Below, in pieces: positions 27,539 to 43,039 of a stretch of 64,000 nt of DNA. Numbering within the stretch: position 1 is the first letter of the stretch; every line of letters begins with the position of its first letter. The stretch is taken from the NCBI GenBank assembly GCA_051294905.1, contig CM119381.1, positions 17,484,001-17,548,000 of the forward strand, written 5' to 3'. A program made the position numbers and the translations under genes. The stretch is from Botryllus schlosseri (lineage: Eukaryota). The notes beneath the pieces are model-generated. The model was given only the letters and a program-made list of their open reading frames with translations, searched no databases and had not been told where the DNA came from.

Positions 27539-28833
27539 CAGAGGTGGGCAAAGTAGTCAGGAAAGCTACTCAAGTAGAAGTAGAAGTAGCGATGAAAATA
27601 TCTACTCAAGTACGAGTAGAAGTACTTCTTCCATAAGCAACTTAAAACTACTTGAAGTAGGAGTAGAATTGACTGACTTTAAAAGTACTCAAGTAAGTAA
27701 GTAGTTGTGAAAACGATCCTAATTCGTTCACTTGGATTGTAAAAAGGTGCAAATTGAGCTATGCAAAAGGTGACGAGCTTGATTCATCTTGATGAATACC
27801 AACAGGTATCCAATTTTCGATAGCATAAGCATTCATCCACATCATGATAGTATTGATATGGAAATGCGATACTTATCCTCTGTTTTCTCGAACAGCACCT
27901 TTTAGAAAATTGCATGGTACGGCGCCATCCCCCATATTATAAGGCTCGTAGTTTAGTCGAAGTGCAATACGGAGAAGTTGTAAAGGATACGATGTAAACA
28001 CTTTGCGCGATTAGTAAACGTTAATAAAAAATATGGTGGACCGTAAAAATGCCATATTCTGTAGATTTATTTCCGGAAATTAAAGGCATTACTACACTTG
28101 ATTTTATACTTCAACACGTATGTTATCCGGACGAAAGAACTGATATTAATTATAGCTCAAAGTATATGATACTGAGAATTAAAAGTAAAATATAAATACT
28201 ACTTCTAAAAGTGGAACATGTATTTCATGCCTTTAGTCCAGAAAGTTTCAAAGGTGGTATGCTAAAACAGCTCTAAAACTGAATAAAAGTGTGAGACTCC
28301 ACTCTTCCAGATTAGGACACGCCATGGGCTGGACATATGCTAGATTACGATATGACAAGTAAATGCTTTATTGCGAAACATCAGTTTCAAACATTATGAT
28401 GAGCCATATATACTGTGATGAACTATTTCATATGGGCGAAAGGGCGACAATACAGTGTGAACGGAACCACGCCAACCCGCTACCTAAATTATATTCACCG
28501 ATACTTTCGTAAAATCATACTGGTCACTCCGCATCCACTGCGCACGAAGCGCGACGAAAATTCTTGGCTTTACTCAACTTTTATGAAAATTAAATGTTGA
28601 TACACCGTGAAAACAGCCCCAAAATTTCTCAGGCTATCTTCCTGATTGGAAGATTGAACTACTTCTACTTGACAAACTGAAAATAGCGAAAAGTAAGTAA
28701 GTGGATCACAAAATATTACGAAGTAGAAGTAGAAGTAGCGAAAATCAGATCTACTTGAGTAAGTACCAGAAGTAGAGGAAAATTACTTGAGTACTTCGAA
28801 AAAGTAGAAGTACTTCGTTACTGACCACCTCTG
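27539..28833 (+). mobile_element. Non-autonomous hAT element, CAGAGGTGG family, copy 1 (1295 bp)
   Basis: Termini CAGAGGTGGGCA / TGACCACCTCTG; perfect 8-bp TSD GTCATGAC; colinear with 43133-44421 and, inverted, with 57722-59665. Confidence 0.95.
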
Positions 28834-31619
28834 GTCATGACTGATGCTGATAATGTACCGAGAAAGCGTCCATTGCCAGAACTATTCCGACCTAATATTA
28901 ACTGCTATCGGAAGAAAGGTCCCTTTGCGAAAGCTTCACTGATTTGTGTTTATAGACTATTCCGCCAGTGTTCCGTATCATTCTACCACTGATACCATTT
29001 AATATTGTACCTTTTATCATTCGAATGCATGATATGGCAAACTTGATGGTTCGCGCGTCAGCGTAAACTCCAGAAAACAGTATGTACAATGTACATCGTT
29101 ACTGGCATCAGCCTGTACGGATAGAAATGAGTCACTTGTGACAATGAAAGCCGTGGGTACAGGTAAACCCACGTCTTCGAGTGTGAAGTAAGTTTCATGT
29201 GAAATTTGTTATTTATAGTTAGCGCCAGCACTGAATCAACGTCGCAGGGTCTGGAGGTGTATGAACTAAAAGTAACAACAACTCCTCAACAAGCTACGCC
29301 GAGATCATCATTGTGCGGTTTTGATTGCAAACAAAAGGCTTTCTTCTGCTACTGAAAATTTCCGCGAACATCGCAAATTTGCTCATGAAACCCATCGCCG
29401 GCTTGCACGCAATCCCGCGTATCTCTTATTGGCGATTATGATTAATAAGACCGCCGAGTTCGGTGCCTATCGTATTTGTTGAAAGTCAAAATAGCGCGAT
29501 TGTAACCCGGCGGTGCGTGCTCGTGGGAAAGAATTCTCCCTGGCTGTGACATGAAAAGAAAACTTCATGATTGCTTACCGGAACTCACGATTTAACAAAA
29601 ATTTGCTATTGCAAATTTGTTACATTGATTTGTTGCAGCGCTTCGTTGTGCGTTTCAAGGTCGGGCCCATTGTGCGGACGCAATACGACACCGCTAACTC
29701 TCGAGAGGAATAAGCCAACGATGATGGTGAAGTGCCTGGGCCTTAGAAAGTCTTCAATTACTTCTTGATATCGAGTGTATTGTTACGTTTGTATTTGGGT
29801 CTCTGATAACGGTACCTACGTCATAAGGCCCGTGAGTAATCAAACGTTGGGTTGGTAAGAAAAAAATTGGAAACAGATCCCGAAGATAATGGAGTGTGGG
29901 AGTGCGGAACGGTGTTGCAAGGAAATATAACTTGTGACCCCGCCCTTTTCAAGATGTAACATTTGTGCGACGGAAGGATTTGGAAATAATCCTTTCGTGT
30001 CTGCCTGCAGACACTCAACAAGGCCTGCGGTCGGTCGGGTTTGGGTGTATGCGCAATTGCGCACATGACGAGAACATCGCATCGTTGGCACCGGGTATGG
30101 TAGTAGCCAGCGGGAAACAGATCAACAGCTACAGCTATATATAAATTTCTGCCGTTGTGATATTCGTGATGATGACATCATAAATAACGTATGACGTCAC
30201 GTCGATGCTGCATTTCGTTTGTAATTGTCTAGGTTCTTACTGCGATACTCTAACCGTGAATTCTTTGATATAAACCGAGTCCAAAGTGGACAACTGGACA
30301 TTCAACATATAGACCAAACGGATCCCCACGGAATCACAAAGAAGATGGTCTGCAAAATTCAATCGAAACAAGAAAACCAAATTACTGAAACTGAGAGACA
30401 AAAAGTTAAGAATTTCGATACCGCCCTGTGACAAACAGAGCAACATACGCCACAAAGGGATTTTGTGATGCATAATATTGATGCGATGTAACTGTCAAAA
30501 GCGAGCTTCGCCTGAAAGCCTTGTGGAATTAAGAATGACTGCAAAAACCCTAGTGGGTGCATTATAGAGATTCGCGTGTATAGGTTCACACGCATTGATA
30601 TGAGACATGGGCCATTCCATACCCTTTATCACACTTGTAAGGTCGAGCGGGTTACCTAGTAAGTCGTGGGAGAGTGGGATTTATTCAGACGCCAGTTATC
30701 ATTACAATAACACCAACGCAACACAATCCTGCGAATCAAGTTCAACGATTAAATCCCATAAGCGATGCACCGGTATGCACCGGATATTGGGAGATACCCA
30801 GACAGATGCTTTAAAATGGAAGACATCAAGTTACGCCCACAGCTCGGAAATACGTACGTATAATACACGTAACATATACATTTGTTTTTGAGCCTATCCA
30901 AATCACGAGACATGACATGAAAGAATATGGCGATTTACAATCGCCGAAATACCGCAAAGTGAATCGTCAATATAGATATAGTTTACGAGACTAAACACAG
31001 GCGATTAATATGTTGCTTTATGCAGGTATAGACATATCATGAGTGTAATATTTTTTCATAGCGCGCTTCACATGCGCCGCAATATAGCAGACAGGTCGGT
31101 GACTCTGACACTACGCTATAACTTTATTTGGGCTGTTAATAATTATCGGCAGTTTCCGCGCGATCAATCATTCCAGAATATCTTCTGCTCGTAATTCGGG
31201 TTTATTTCCTCAAGTTCCCAACGTCATAAAACAACGCTATATTCAATAAATATGCCCGGCGTAACAGACGTCTGTATACATGATATTTTACGACCTCAAA
31301 CCCTTTATTCCAAAGCGCAATCATATAATTTATGGAATATGATTTGCCATACAATATACTGGTATTTTCCTATCTATTCTTGCCGGAACATAATATACGC
31401 GTGTAATATCTGTTTTTATGATGATCATTTCAAGGAATGAGTCGTTCAAGTGTCGTTGACCTTTTTTGTGCCTTCCCATACATATATGAAAAAGCAAATG
31501 TTTATCATATACCGGCCTTGTCATAACTTTATACTGCTATTTCAAAACCGCAATGCAAAACGTTCTCTACAAGTCTGAACGCGTCTGATGCCAAAAATGA
31601 ATAATAATCGTACTACGAT

Positions 31620-32132
31620 TAGGGCTTGGCAAAATCTAGTACCTGGTCCTGAGTGATTCGATTCTGAATCACGGATTACTCTTCGAGTCGAGTATTCGAT
31701 TATCACTCATTATGACGTCACAACAGAATGTACTACGTCAAAGTTCAAATGTGTTCCTGTTACGCCACCACAAAGAACATAATGCCTGTTATCCGACACA
31801 TTAAGATACTTTGGTATTTTTTCGATCATACCGATTTCATTGAACTTCTTGACAATGTTGTGGGATGATCATAACTTCGGAAATGTGTTATTTCCAGTAA
31901 CGTTCGTAGCTTTGTACCATGTATCGTATGCTGCGACACGACCAATCATGGTTCAAGGCTTCCTTAGTGGAAAATATTATCCAATCTATACTTCTCGTTA
32001 GTAAACTAGCTTTCAGTTGCGAGGAGCGTATAATTTCAGTTCTCGAAAAAATCGTATTTTACTACTCGACTCGAATCATTGAAATTATACTCGATTCAGA
32101 TTCGAGTACTCGAATCATTGTGCCCAGCCCTA
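31620..32132. mobile_element. hAT MITE (TAGGG-type), 513 bp
   Basis: TIRs TAGGGCTTGGCAAAAT / ATTGTGCCCAGCCCTA; perfect 8-bp TSD ACTACGAT; subterminal GATTCGA/CTCGAAT repeats. Confidence 0.92.
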
Positions 32133-35100
32133 ACTACGATAGGACGATCGAATAATACTTAGCCTCTCATGGCGGCTCAAATTAAATTTGCCCGAATCAT
32201 ATACATGCCAAATTATAAAAAAATTCTATAAGTAATTGGGCATGGCGAACTGGTCGTAACATCATGCATGGAGAAGGTTGTGCCGAAATGCGTCACAGGG
32301 GCATGTTATGTCACGCGAATTATGGTAGTGATATCTACTGGGTGCAGGACTATAGATCCACCTCGCTTATACGAGGCCGGGTCTGAAGATCAAATAATCA
32401 AATAGAGGCTCTACTGGACGTGAAGTCACAGGGAGAGGGTGAGAGAAAGAGAGAGATAGCGGTAGGGAGTAATGATTGTTATCAATAATTTTTAGCAAAC
32501 GCATTCCATCGGGTTTGATGCCCGAAAAAAGATGACACACGGCTAGAATTTAATATTGTATTAGTATCCACGCAGCTTTCACCCACGTCATCGTAAATTA
32601 TATTGTATTTACTACAACCACTCCGATACTAGCTAGCGCCTCATCAAGAAACAAATGTAAGGTATCTAGGCCGAGTATGCCGCAGCATACAACCCAGTCC
32701 GGACACTTATCGGTCACTTAATCATTGCCAACTCTATATGTCACAGACCGCCCGAGATAGGAGCCTATTTTGGGTCGCTGATCTCAAGGTAAATACAGCC
32801 GTCCATCTTTGTCAGTCATTTATGAAATCCCAATCCGCCGGCAAACGATGAATTTCGCACACAACCTTTAAATAGCGAAACGTAAACACAAGGAAAATTC
32901 TACTTAATTAGTTCAATATGTGGAGTTAAAATGGCATTTGACCCTCTTAAGTCTATAAGCTTTCGCTTTCTCCACGTCAGCCGAGGAGTATTTTAAAAGA
33001 ACTGCTTTCCTGCGGATATTATCACGTTAAATATCATGACGCCAATTACCGTATATACGGCTTTGGACCAGTCCGTATATTGTCAGTGTTCCGCAGTGCT
33101 TATTCCTACCACCAATTATGAATAACCAAAACCATATGCATTCAGCTGCTCATTAAGATTTAATGAGTACACACAGCTTTCGCGACGTACCCGCATTGCT
33201 GTTTTAGGACTCGATAGTTATAAAAATAACAAAAATGTAACGATAACACAGGAATGATAAAAATGTAAGCGACTGTTAAAAAGGGACGAGACAGTGCAGA
33301 AATTCCAGTCACACAGCACGAACTTGAACGCAGGCCCTCATTAAAAAGGTTAAAATAACAAACACGAATGCATGGTAGAGCTTTCGGTTTTGATAGCCTA
33401 TTGAAATTGTTATGGTAAGGAAGCCTGGTTTGGCTTGTTTTAGACCACTTGAGTAACTTGTTAATCCATCCTGATGCTGTCACGATGCAAAAACTGTAAA
33501 TCACGAGCACTACTCTTATAAATCATAAATCGATTTCGATCGCTTTAAAGAGCCGATATTTCGTCAAATCGGATAACTGATTCGGACTACGTGCACCGCG
33601 ACATTTTAATAATGAATACTGTATATTCAATGATGGCAATGACGACGCAGTCCAAATCCAAAACTGACGGGGTGAAGATGCTCTTCACTTCATGCCGGTT
33701 GCAAACTCCCGCTAACAGGCAGAGCTTATATTATAGCAAAATTTTTAATAAACCATGTCAAGACAGATCCGCATTGATGCGTATGGTATGCTATTTAGAG
33801 GTCACACGTAGCTTGAGTCTGACGGTACCATAACGCCGCGTCTTCGATCTTCGCATATTGTGATATATTGCTGTTTGTACTATCGTAAGTTGAGCGGAAC
33901 CACGCGAGCATTATTCTGGCTGGTTTTGATTTAACAGATTTTTACCAGCTAACAAGTATTTCTCAAGCGCATCAGGCGATGAATAACAGGTTTCATTTTT
34001 ACAAATCACCCTTGTCGACTCGACATCCTATCTCCTGTCGAAACTAATTTCTATGGCTTATCGCCTCTGACGTGCTTGATCATGTATTTGTATGCGAATG
34101 CGAATTCTTACAAATTAATGCGTTTCTAGAATTGCTCCAATCATGAACTGCTCAAAATTCATCAGTTCATTACTGATGTGGAATATTGAATCGGTCAGAT
34201 ATACTGTGTCGTGAACTCTCAGTCAGTTGTTGACTTGAGATATATGGCGTCTGTGTTCCGTTTTGTTGTAGTCTTCTCATTTGACTCTAATCAGTGACGC
34301 CAGTGATTTCTATTTTTTGGAAAGACTCTGTCAGCTGTAGTACAAGCATCATTGGTTACTATAAGTAGCACCGGTCTATACACTGTTTGGTGACTGTCGT
34401 TGCAATAGCGGTGTGCTCATCCAACCACTGTGCGGTGGCAAAAAAGAGCACAAGCTTCTTCAATACTACGAAAACAAGAACTTACAGTTTCACGACAAGA
34501 ATTTTCCTGTTCTTTCGGAATCTGACTGAATCCCATGAAGGAAAACGGAGACTCAAATGTGTAGCGTGGACTGAACAACGCAGTTAATTTGAATAAGCGC
34601 GAAGAGGTATGCAACTCAATTTTGAATTTCAAATTATAGTTAAGATTTCTGGCCCGATCCGCCATATTTAATAATTAGGAACCATTATTTGTGACTACTT
34701 AACGTTACTTACGCCGATATTTTCTATGGCGACACCCCTTGTCAGTACAGAGGCCCTATATCTTAACGTTTCGCTTACAGATTTCAGATTCGGGCGTCAT
34801 ATCCGGGTTCGATCCTGCATCGAGTAAGAAAGGCTTGATATCCGGAATTTAGCAGTGTATAGAATAGAGATGAAGACATAGGGAGGTTTAAATCGGTGTA
34901 AGCCATGCTTGTTTTAGTGCTAGTGAATATAAATTAATATGTCGCGAAGCAGATGACGAGCCAAGTAAATATCAAGAGCGATAACGATATTTTATGTCTG
35001 GAATTATCAAGGTGGATACTGGACAGATATATTGGCAATTACACAAGTTCACTGATAACGTTATCATACAAGTCAGCATTAAGGCTTTCGCAATGTGCGG

Positions 35101-38100
35101 TACACTAATAAGTAAAAGAAGAGCTTGTTGGACAACAGGTTCAAAACGTATCGATCGTTCGGCGGCTTCCGAATAATTTCTCTCGTCCCGACCCTCCGAT
35201 CAAAATGGCGAATAATATCTCGATATGTTTAAGAGATCTGATTCCAGTTGAGTAAAGTAGACTGACCCAGCGGTATATTGGCAGTGGGCAGTGGGTACCA
35301 GTAATTGGATAGAATTCGGTAGTCGATCTGAAGTAAATAATATCTAGCAATACTATGAACTGTACGATTATATATTTCCAAGATACGAATTGACTCGGTG
35401 CGTCCTGCGACCAGCATATAGACACGAACTGGCGTTAGAAAAAGTGTGCTCTAGCAAAAGGAATTTGCATATGGACGAAAGCCCATGGTTGTACATTTAT
35501 ACTCATTGAATGTTATTCTATCACAGGCACAGCTTCAAACGCTCGCTGTATATAAAAGGCGTTGCAACACTGGCAAACACTGGCAATAATGTTGTTTAAC
35601 GATTCCTTTTAATGTCTGAAGAGTGAAGATATTCGTGACATCGTTTCATTTCGTACATGCGTCTGACACGAATTACAAATACATGACTATCAAACACGTA
35701 GTTGTTGGAATTCAGTCACATGAATTACACCCAGCCTCACAACATCCGTTTAAAATTAGAAATTATGCATGTGGAGTGCCGCGGGGTAGAATGGGGTTCC
35801 TTATACATTGACTTTCGATCTACAGTATCGGAGGTTATCTTAAATCCTATATATGTTTAATGCAAGATTTTGTATCCCACCAAAGTTGAGATTAATCACA
35901 ACATTAATGACTTTACGACACACTGTACACAAGATTGTCACAGGGTCAAGGATTGACGACCAGAATTCGATGGTTGGCGTTTCGTGAGCAGTGGCTATCT
36001 AGCAATTTCTGGTGAACACAAGCGTTCGTGTGAAGTTATGTAACATGTCAATAACCAAGTCGCACACGACTGTTGAATTCCACGTAATCAAGAAGTCAAG
36101 TTATCTACAAAATATGACTTTATGCCACATCGGATAAGGAAGGGTAACGGAGAACCGGGTATCTTCCGTTTAATCTAGGTTTGCACCTAGTGCGTAGCCG
36201 TAAGTAATACTTCCGCTGTGCCATGAATACCCAGTATAACAGGATATTACTATTCAACAAATTGTTATGATTTCTTCAATGAATTTGTGTGACATCAATG
36301 AGAAGCTATCGTACGACCAGACAGGTACATGGCGTTTGTCGCAGATAAATACTTCTACCGAGTTTGACATCAAACCCAATGACTTTTCCCCGATTTATTT
36401 AATTTCCTGCAATAATTGTTTGGTGATGTTATCGCATATCGCCTCGAATCCAAATTAACTATATCTCTTACAGCGCTTCGTCAATCTCCACACTATGTAA
36501 AGGAAAACCCGAATTTCCCATCGTATAGGTCTCTACCGGATTACAGAAACGCTACATAAAATTAAATTGAATTATATCCACAGATGAAATGTAACCATCA
36601 AGCAAATCCCACAAAATGCCTCTCATATAATACAGCAGTAACTCGTAAGTTACTTTAAAAATCGATAAATATTTTAGGACACGGTATGATCGCAAAGGTG
36701 ATTTAGCAAAGGGGTGAATCAGTAATCTTTGATTCCGTATAGATTTGGATCTTTAGAAGTAGGCCGTCTCAATGTACTCCCCTCTGGGACGAGTAATGTC
36801 CATTATAGACGTCTTGAATATTGAATGGATAGCGACTCGACTTTCGAATTAATTTTTCATCGATACATATAGCTAAGATTTCGCTTCGCTAGTATAAATT
36901 TATTTTTGGTCGTGATCGGAGACCACACGGAGTGCTCCAAACAATGCCACAATTGTAAATTTTAATTGATGCATTCAAATTAGAATCTTCAACGGTAGAG
37001 AGAAAATTGTATATAAGTAACGGCACAAATACTGCGGTGTATAGCTAAAACGTGGATATATTTCGTTTCGCATATTTTATCATTATCATCAAGGTTAAAA
37101 CATATTGATTGAGACTGTTCACTGCTGAAGGTTATATTTGTGGAAACAAAGCACCGTGTTTCCATAGATAGGGCCTATCATGCCGTCACAGTCCTAGTGT
37201 AAGCAACTCGACACAGACATAGTATGCAATATACAAGCCCCTTTTCAAGATTTTAGTTGAATTATTATCAAACTCGATCAAAATCCTGCCGATTACCGGA
37301 AATAAATATATTAATAAATTAATTCGACAGTTTAAATAAAGTTCAGTATATTCTCTGAAACTAACATAGAACATTAAAAGCAAGCACCGTGTCTGTAATT
37401 TATGTAACTTTACCGTATTGCTGGAAATTATATATTTTATTTACAAATCCCAACTTGCGTCTACTGAATTGCATTTCAATTTGGATAATAATGATTTGTG
37501 ACTCGATTATACAGGCAAACGCGATAAATCATGATGTAAACGACTGTGCCTATATAAGGATATGCAGATGAAAGGAAAAGTTTTGCAAAGCGTCTAAAAT
37601 GGGTGAATTCGAGAACGCATCATTTTGTAATTAGCATACTTCTCTATTTCATTATGTTGTAGATCAGTGAATCTATTTTCCTCGCTAAAATATAATCAAT
37701 TTTAATCTCTTCCGCTTGATATATCTCCACCATGCGCCGTAAACAATAAGTTTCGACGAACGCTGTCTAATTAACACTTGGTTATTTCAAACGAATTTAA
37801 AAAAATTCGTGACCTATACTACTTTGTTGCGACATTGCTATGTTAAAAAACTATTACCGTAGACATTGTCGGAATGCAAAATTGAGAAACAGTGCTAATA
37901 TGCACAGCAACTCGGTATCGAGCGATTCGTAAATTGCTTTCAAAATTTAATTACAAAAGTATTACGTTTAAGTTTTCTTTTAACAACTGTAATAGTACTA
38001 TTCAATAATCCTCCTTGTCAAGCGATTTATTTTCTTATTACCAGGCAAAGTATGTTTCTTCGGGGCTGGCCCCGATATAGCGACTGATGTCAGTGGAAAA

Positions 38101-41100
38101 TATCATCACAGATCAAAGGAGCGGAATTGGGTTTTTAAACACACCTTTGCGCTGTTCCTCCTGTGAGCATTACATAATGAAGGGAATCATCAGTTTTTTC
38201 GCCATATTTTCAATATGAATCTTCAAAACTCTGCGGTATCGCTTTTGCAGGAAGTGATTTGTAATCGCCTACCGGACAATTTAAGCATATAAGCATGTAG
38301 GGTAAATGATTGCCCATGAACAGCTTCGAAATAGTGTCGGGGCTAGTGGGATTAGGATTGTAAATTATAATGAAAAAAATCTTGAAAAGCAAACGAAGTT
38401 TTACAAAAAGTAAAGCGAGATTCTACTGGCTGTCAGTGCCAGATATGCCACATACAGACATGTTATTTTCCGTACATTTACGTCCTGTATTCACTCTTAT
38501 AAAATCACCACATCCACAAAAAAAAATAATGCAGGCTAACCATTTTTATCCAGCTCCATTTGTCGGCTTAATTATTGCGGTAATGAGTTATCAAGTTTCG
38601 TTTGTTTCGAATATGCAAGCACACGAATTCTCATTATGTATACCTAGTTTTATGCGATACGCAAGCGTACTGTTCATTGGGATATGGATGGTTAGTACTT
38701 AGTATCCATGAGCCTTATTGCCGATTACGTCACCATGGCAATTTAAGTATAGTCCCAAAGAATTCTCTCAGATATGGCTTCTGAGCATCCGGTTACTGGG
38801 AAATTTTTTATTCGCAATACAGATTACAGTCACAGCGTACAATTAAGACACTGCCAAAGAGTTGACATCTGGTGGTGGTTTCTCACCATATCGCATTCAT
38901 CAAATTGCCATCTCCCTATCCTATTTTCAAGATGATACTCAACAAGTCGCCAAATAGGATGGAGCCGGAATCAGAATAGACACAAGGATTATTCATATTT
39001 TATGATATGAAAAATTCAGACAATCCCACCTTCCGAAATTAAATTCTAGCATACCCAGGTTTCTGGATGAACACAACCCACGAGTTCCACTACGAAACGG
39101 GGTCACTCGAGTCACAACGCAAACATACTAATGAGTGGGCCGGTTTTTACGTTTGCAACGATATACAGGGTGCATGATTACCAACTAATAGTTCATTGGG
39201 AGTGTTATTCATACAACGCATTCTGTTTATACATTCCACGTATCCATGCAGGTTGCTCAGTCAAATCCAGAAATTTTGACAACCCGCACTAACCTAAAAG
39301 GCTTTTCACCAGAGGGACTATCATGCTATCGTGTCAATATGCGATTGCACGACAACTGATAAAATTGATAAGCGTGAGGGCTACGCGAATACCTTTGCCT
39401 TGTCAATGTACTTAAATAAACAGGTTTTGGTGACGTTGGAAGAGTATTACCAAGTAAAATCCGTCCTGAGTGGATGACATCTCGCAATCTCGCTGGACGG
39501 AATATACTTTCAGTCAAATCCATTTGCGCGGGTTTTAGCCGCGATAAGCGTGGATCAGACGGCGGCCCATTTGCACTGGATAAGGGTGCATATTAAGAGT
39601 GCGTTTTATGGCAGATGTGGAATCAAAATAAAAAAATCTCAATTACATTATTTAGTACATTTCGGGTGGAAAACAAAATTCGATTCCATCATCGTACATC
39701 GATCGACCGCGCATGCGTCAGCGCGATTGCGGAAATATTAACTAAAACGCGACAAATCGAAGAGAAAGAATGTAATCGCCGTAGTCCCGGGCCTTTATTA
39801 CAAACGAACGACACCGAGTTATTCCACTTTATAAAGGGAGATAATGTAATTATGACCGCAGGGAAGTAAATAAACAATGAAGTTTTACTTCGGGCGACAT
39901 ATTTCATAATCCAATTCTACGGTTGATATATGTCCCCAAGTGTTGGTGTACTCGTAAATAGTAACCGCTAATGGCGGGGGATGACACAGACGACATCTGT
40001 TATACAAGCATATATTACAAGGTCCGAACAGGAATTATGAATGAGTGAATTTCGTTGACTCGATAACGCCTACTATACAATACACGCATCTCCCTTGATA
40101 AAGCGACCGTTATTGCAATTCCTATGAATGTTCGATTTTTCACACCAACAGATGACCAGACAAAAACGCAGCTTCTTTTGTAGTAGAATTACAAATATTT
40201 TCGGAAATGAATTGTTGTAATTGCGAATCGTGACGTCAAAACACAATGCCACGATGTTGCTCTGACTTAGTGCAAATGCCGCATGGAATTAACTGTACAG
40301 GATTAGACGACTTCCTAAAATCGTAAAGGCACGATCCATTAGCATGCAGAAATTTATTTACTATAGCTGCAGTAAATCCTTTCTCGGACACAACGAACAG
40401 CATCGTTTAATTGAAAACAGCATGTTGTCCCACTAATATGTCCAATTTGTACATATGATGAGATACACAATGTACACATATGCTCACCTTGCAAAGAATC
40501 ACTGTATCCCAGAATACTTTCAGTTAGATATTTTACAAAATAAACCTTTTGCCGTAAGTACCCGTAAACTTTTATGAATGCCAATGCTCCGGATTTAAAT
40601 ATGGTATATTTTAGTAATTTTTTGCGCAACAATGTTCCTCAGTTGCATTCTATTCTGGATAAATGAGTAACGTAACCATATGTAAAACCGAATCACCAAC
40701 AATATTATGTAGGAGATATGTATGATTCACTTCATACAGTACTCACGGCTTTCAGCATAGTTGAATTTATACTAATATGGCAAATATGAATCATTATTTT
40801 TATCCACAAAAATTCTACCCATATTATAACACCATCTCATTTATGAAACCGGGTAAATTTATACTAGATTTTTACCCGTTCTGGGCTCGTGCGTTCAAAT
40901 TATTCGCTTCGATCTTGATGCCTGCTCGACTTCAATGCTTTCGCGGCAATGTAGACGCGCCCCTCGATTATATCGCAACCGCATCATTAAAATGAAAAGT
41001 TCTGTCTCAAATGATTAGAATGCGAATCGATATTTCGGAAATCCCTACCACGTCGGCATGACAATTTCTATATTTGATTCCCTCGGCCACAATTAATCTT

Positions 41101-42222
41101 GCGATTATCTGAAACAGAATTAACGACGCAGAAAAGGCATAAATTGGAACGATTTGTCCTGCCTTTGCGATTGTGATGTGAATGAAATTGCCAACGAAAA
41201 TGATTTGAGGCTGTCGAGGTATTGATTTTTCGCGAACGGGAATAGATCGAGAAGCTATAAAAACATTTCTTTTTGACAAATTTGAAATAATTCATTCCAG
41301 CAGTATGACTGTGACAGTCGTCATTACTAATCCTTCGATCCATTACGTCAAATTTATCCGCCTGTCGCAGGCAGAAAAAAAGTTTTAATGATAGTAGCAG
41401 TAGTGAACTTTCACCTCAGTTACACAACAGGCTTTCAGAAAAATAGGAATGCCTAAAGGGTGCGAATTACTTATCTGTAGGCTCCTAATTCCAGCTGGCT
41501 GGACGAAAGCCCGGTGCATGCGTTATTCAATGCTTCATTGCATGGTTACCATAGCAATCATCAGAATTACGTACTGATGTAGCCTACAGATATACTATAT
41601 ATTATGTATAGATATATATTCAAAATATGTATGATTCTGAATAATTGATGGACGTATCTTCTGATGTTACAATGCAAGTAGATGAAGGGTACTCGCAATG
41701 AAAACATATTGTGAAAAACTCGTTTCACTGCTCGCATATAAGGAAGTATACAAGCGATTGTGATTATGCGTAATTAAACTGAGCGTATAAATTCAAGTAT
41801 TGTCACGTAGGCGATTTGGCATCTCATAACGAAGGCTCATTCTTTTGCCGAAAAAACCTACTTTTGTGCGGAAAGTCAAGCAGTATTTCGAAATTATATA
41901 TAATGATCAGAAGCAGGAATTCATCGTATTCCAAAAAAGTAGCAGCAGTGTTCGTCAGTTGATATGAAAACCGCATTCGATGCTATTGTCACCGGTAAGA
42001 CTGACACAAATTCACTAATAGATCAAACGACATAGCGCAAAAATAAAATCCGGTTCAGACACGGTCAACATGACAATCACTGACCAATCTGTTTTCAAAT
42101 AACGATCTCTATCGCCAGCTGCTGAATAAAAAAGGATAAAGGGGTGATAATATTTTGATTGAAAAAGACTCGTGAGATGACTCTGAATTCTGGGCATTAA
42201 TTCGTAATCACAGTGGATGATA

Positions 42223-42374
42223 NNNNNNNNNNNNNNNNNNNNNNNNNNNNNNNNNNNNNNNNNNNNNNNNNNNNNNNNNNNNNNNNNNNNNNNNNNNNNN
42301 NNNNNNNNNNNNNNNNNNNNNNNNNNNNNNNNNNNNNNNNNNNNNNNNNNNNNNNNNNNNNNNNNNNNNNNNNN
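42223..42374. other. Assembly gap (152 N)
   Basis: Run of N in the sequence. Confidence 1.
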
Positions 42375-42540
42375 CATCAAGTTGGAAAGCGATATGACGA
42401 TTGTGAATGGGCCACTGCAGAATCTCCACCAACACTATGATGTTCTGCTGAGGTAACGGGCGTTCGGCGCTTCGTGGTGGGACTAAATTTCAATGATGAT
42501 AGGATTCCCAACGTTTGAAATATTGTGATATTATTTATAT

Positions 42541-42580
42541 CAGGGTTGACCAACCTTTTCGGTCAAAGGGTCACGTGCAA
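42541..42580 (+). mobile_element. Orphan left end of a Charlie-like MITE
   Basis: CAGGGTTGACCAACCTTTTCGGTCAAAGGGTCAC; no partner end seen. Confidence 0.4.
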
Positions 42581-43039
42581 TTGACGAACCATTGCGCGAA
42601 TTTTTTTCAAAGTTTATACGTCAATAATATTGTTACTTGAGTATATTGCGGGTCTGTTGTAGGCTATATCGCTAGACTCAGTGTGTAAGGACAGGACTAT
42701 TCGGCGCCTGAATATATCGAAGCTTCGGTCAACAATCCTCAATGATTTTGTGCCTAGGTTTCCTTGTGGACCGTCTTTCTGCGAGGAAAAACGCAAGGTC
42801 GCATGTAGTACGACACTTTGTCTCGTATTATGGCGATTATACTTGGACTCAATATGGTACGTTTTCAGGGGGGGTAACAATATTAATAGCAATATATCGA
42901 GTGACAACATATTGCGCGAGGCTTGAAGAAAATTTTACTTTAGATAAATCTACCGAAAAATATTCTACTTTATTGTAATGTACGATGATTTACCAAAAAT
43001 ATGACTGGGCCTTGGATCTTCCAATGTAACGGAGCTGAT

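Noticed and set aside
28415-28600. Short ORFs inside the 1.29-kb hAT copies (also 43336-43587, 59149-59337) as transposase remnants
   Set aside because: No BED finger, DDE or hATC motifs, and frames are not conserved between copies.
35473-41512. GGACGAAAGCCC repeated at 35473 and 41501 as hammerhead halves
   Set aside because: No CUGANGA core or closing helices nearby; probably a decayed repeat.
42015-42456. ORFs spanning the N run
   Set aside because: Artefacts of the assembly gap.
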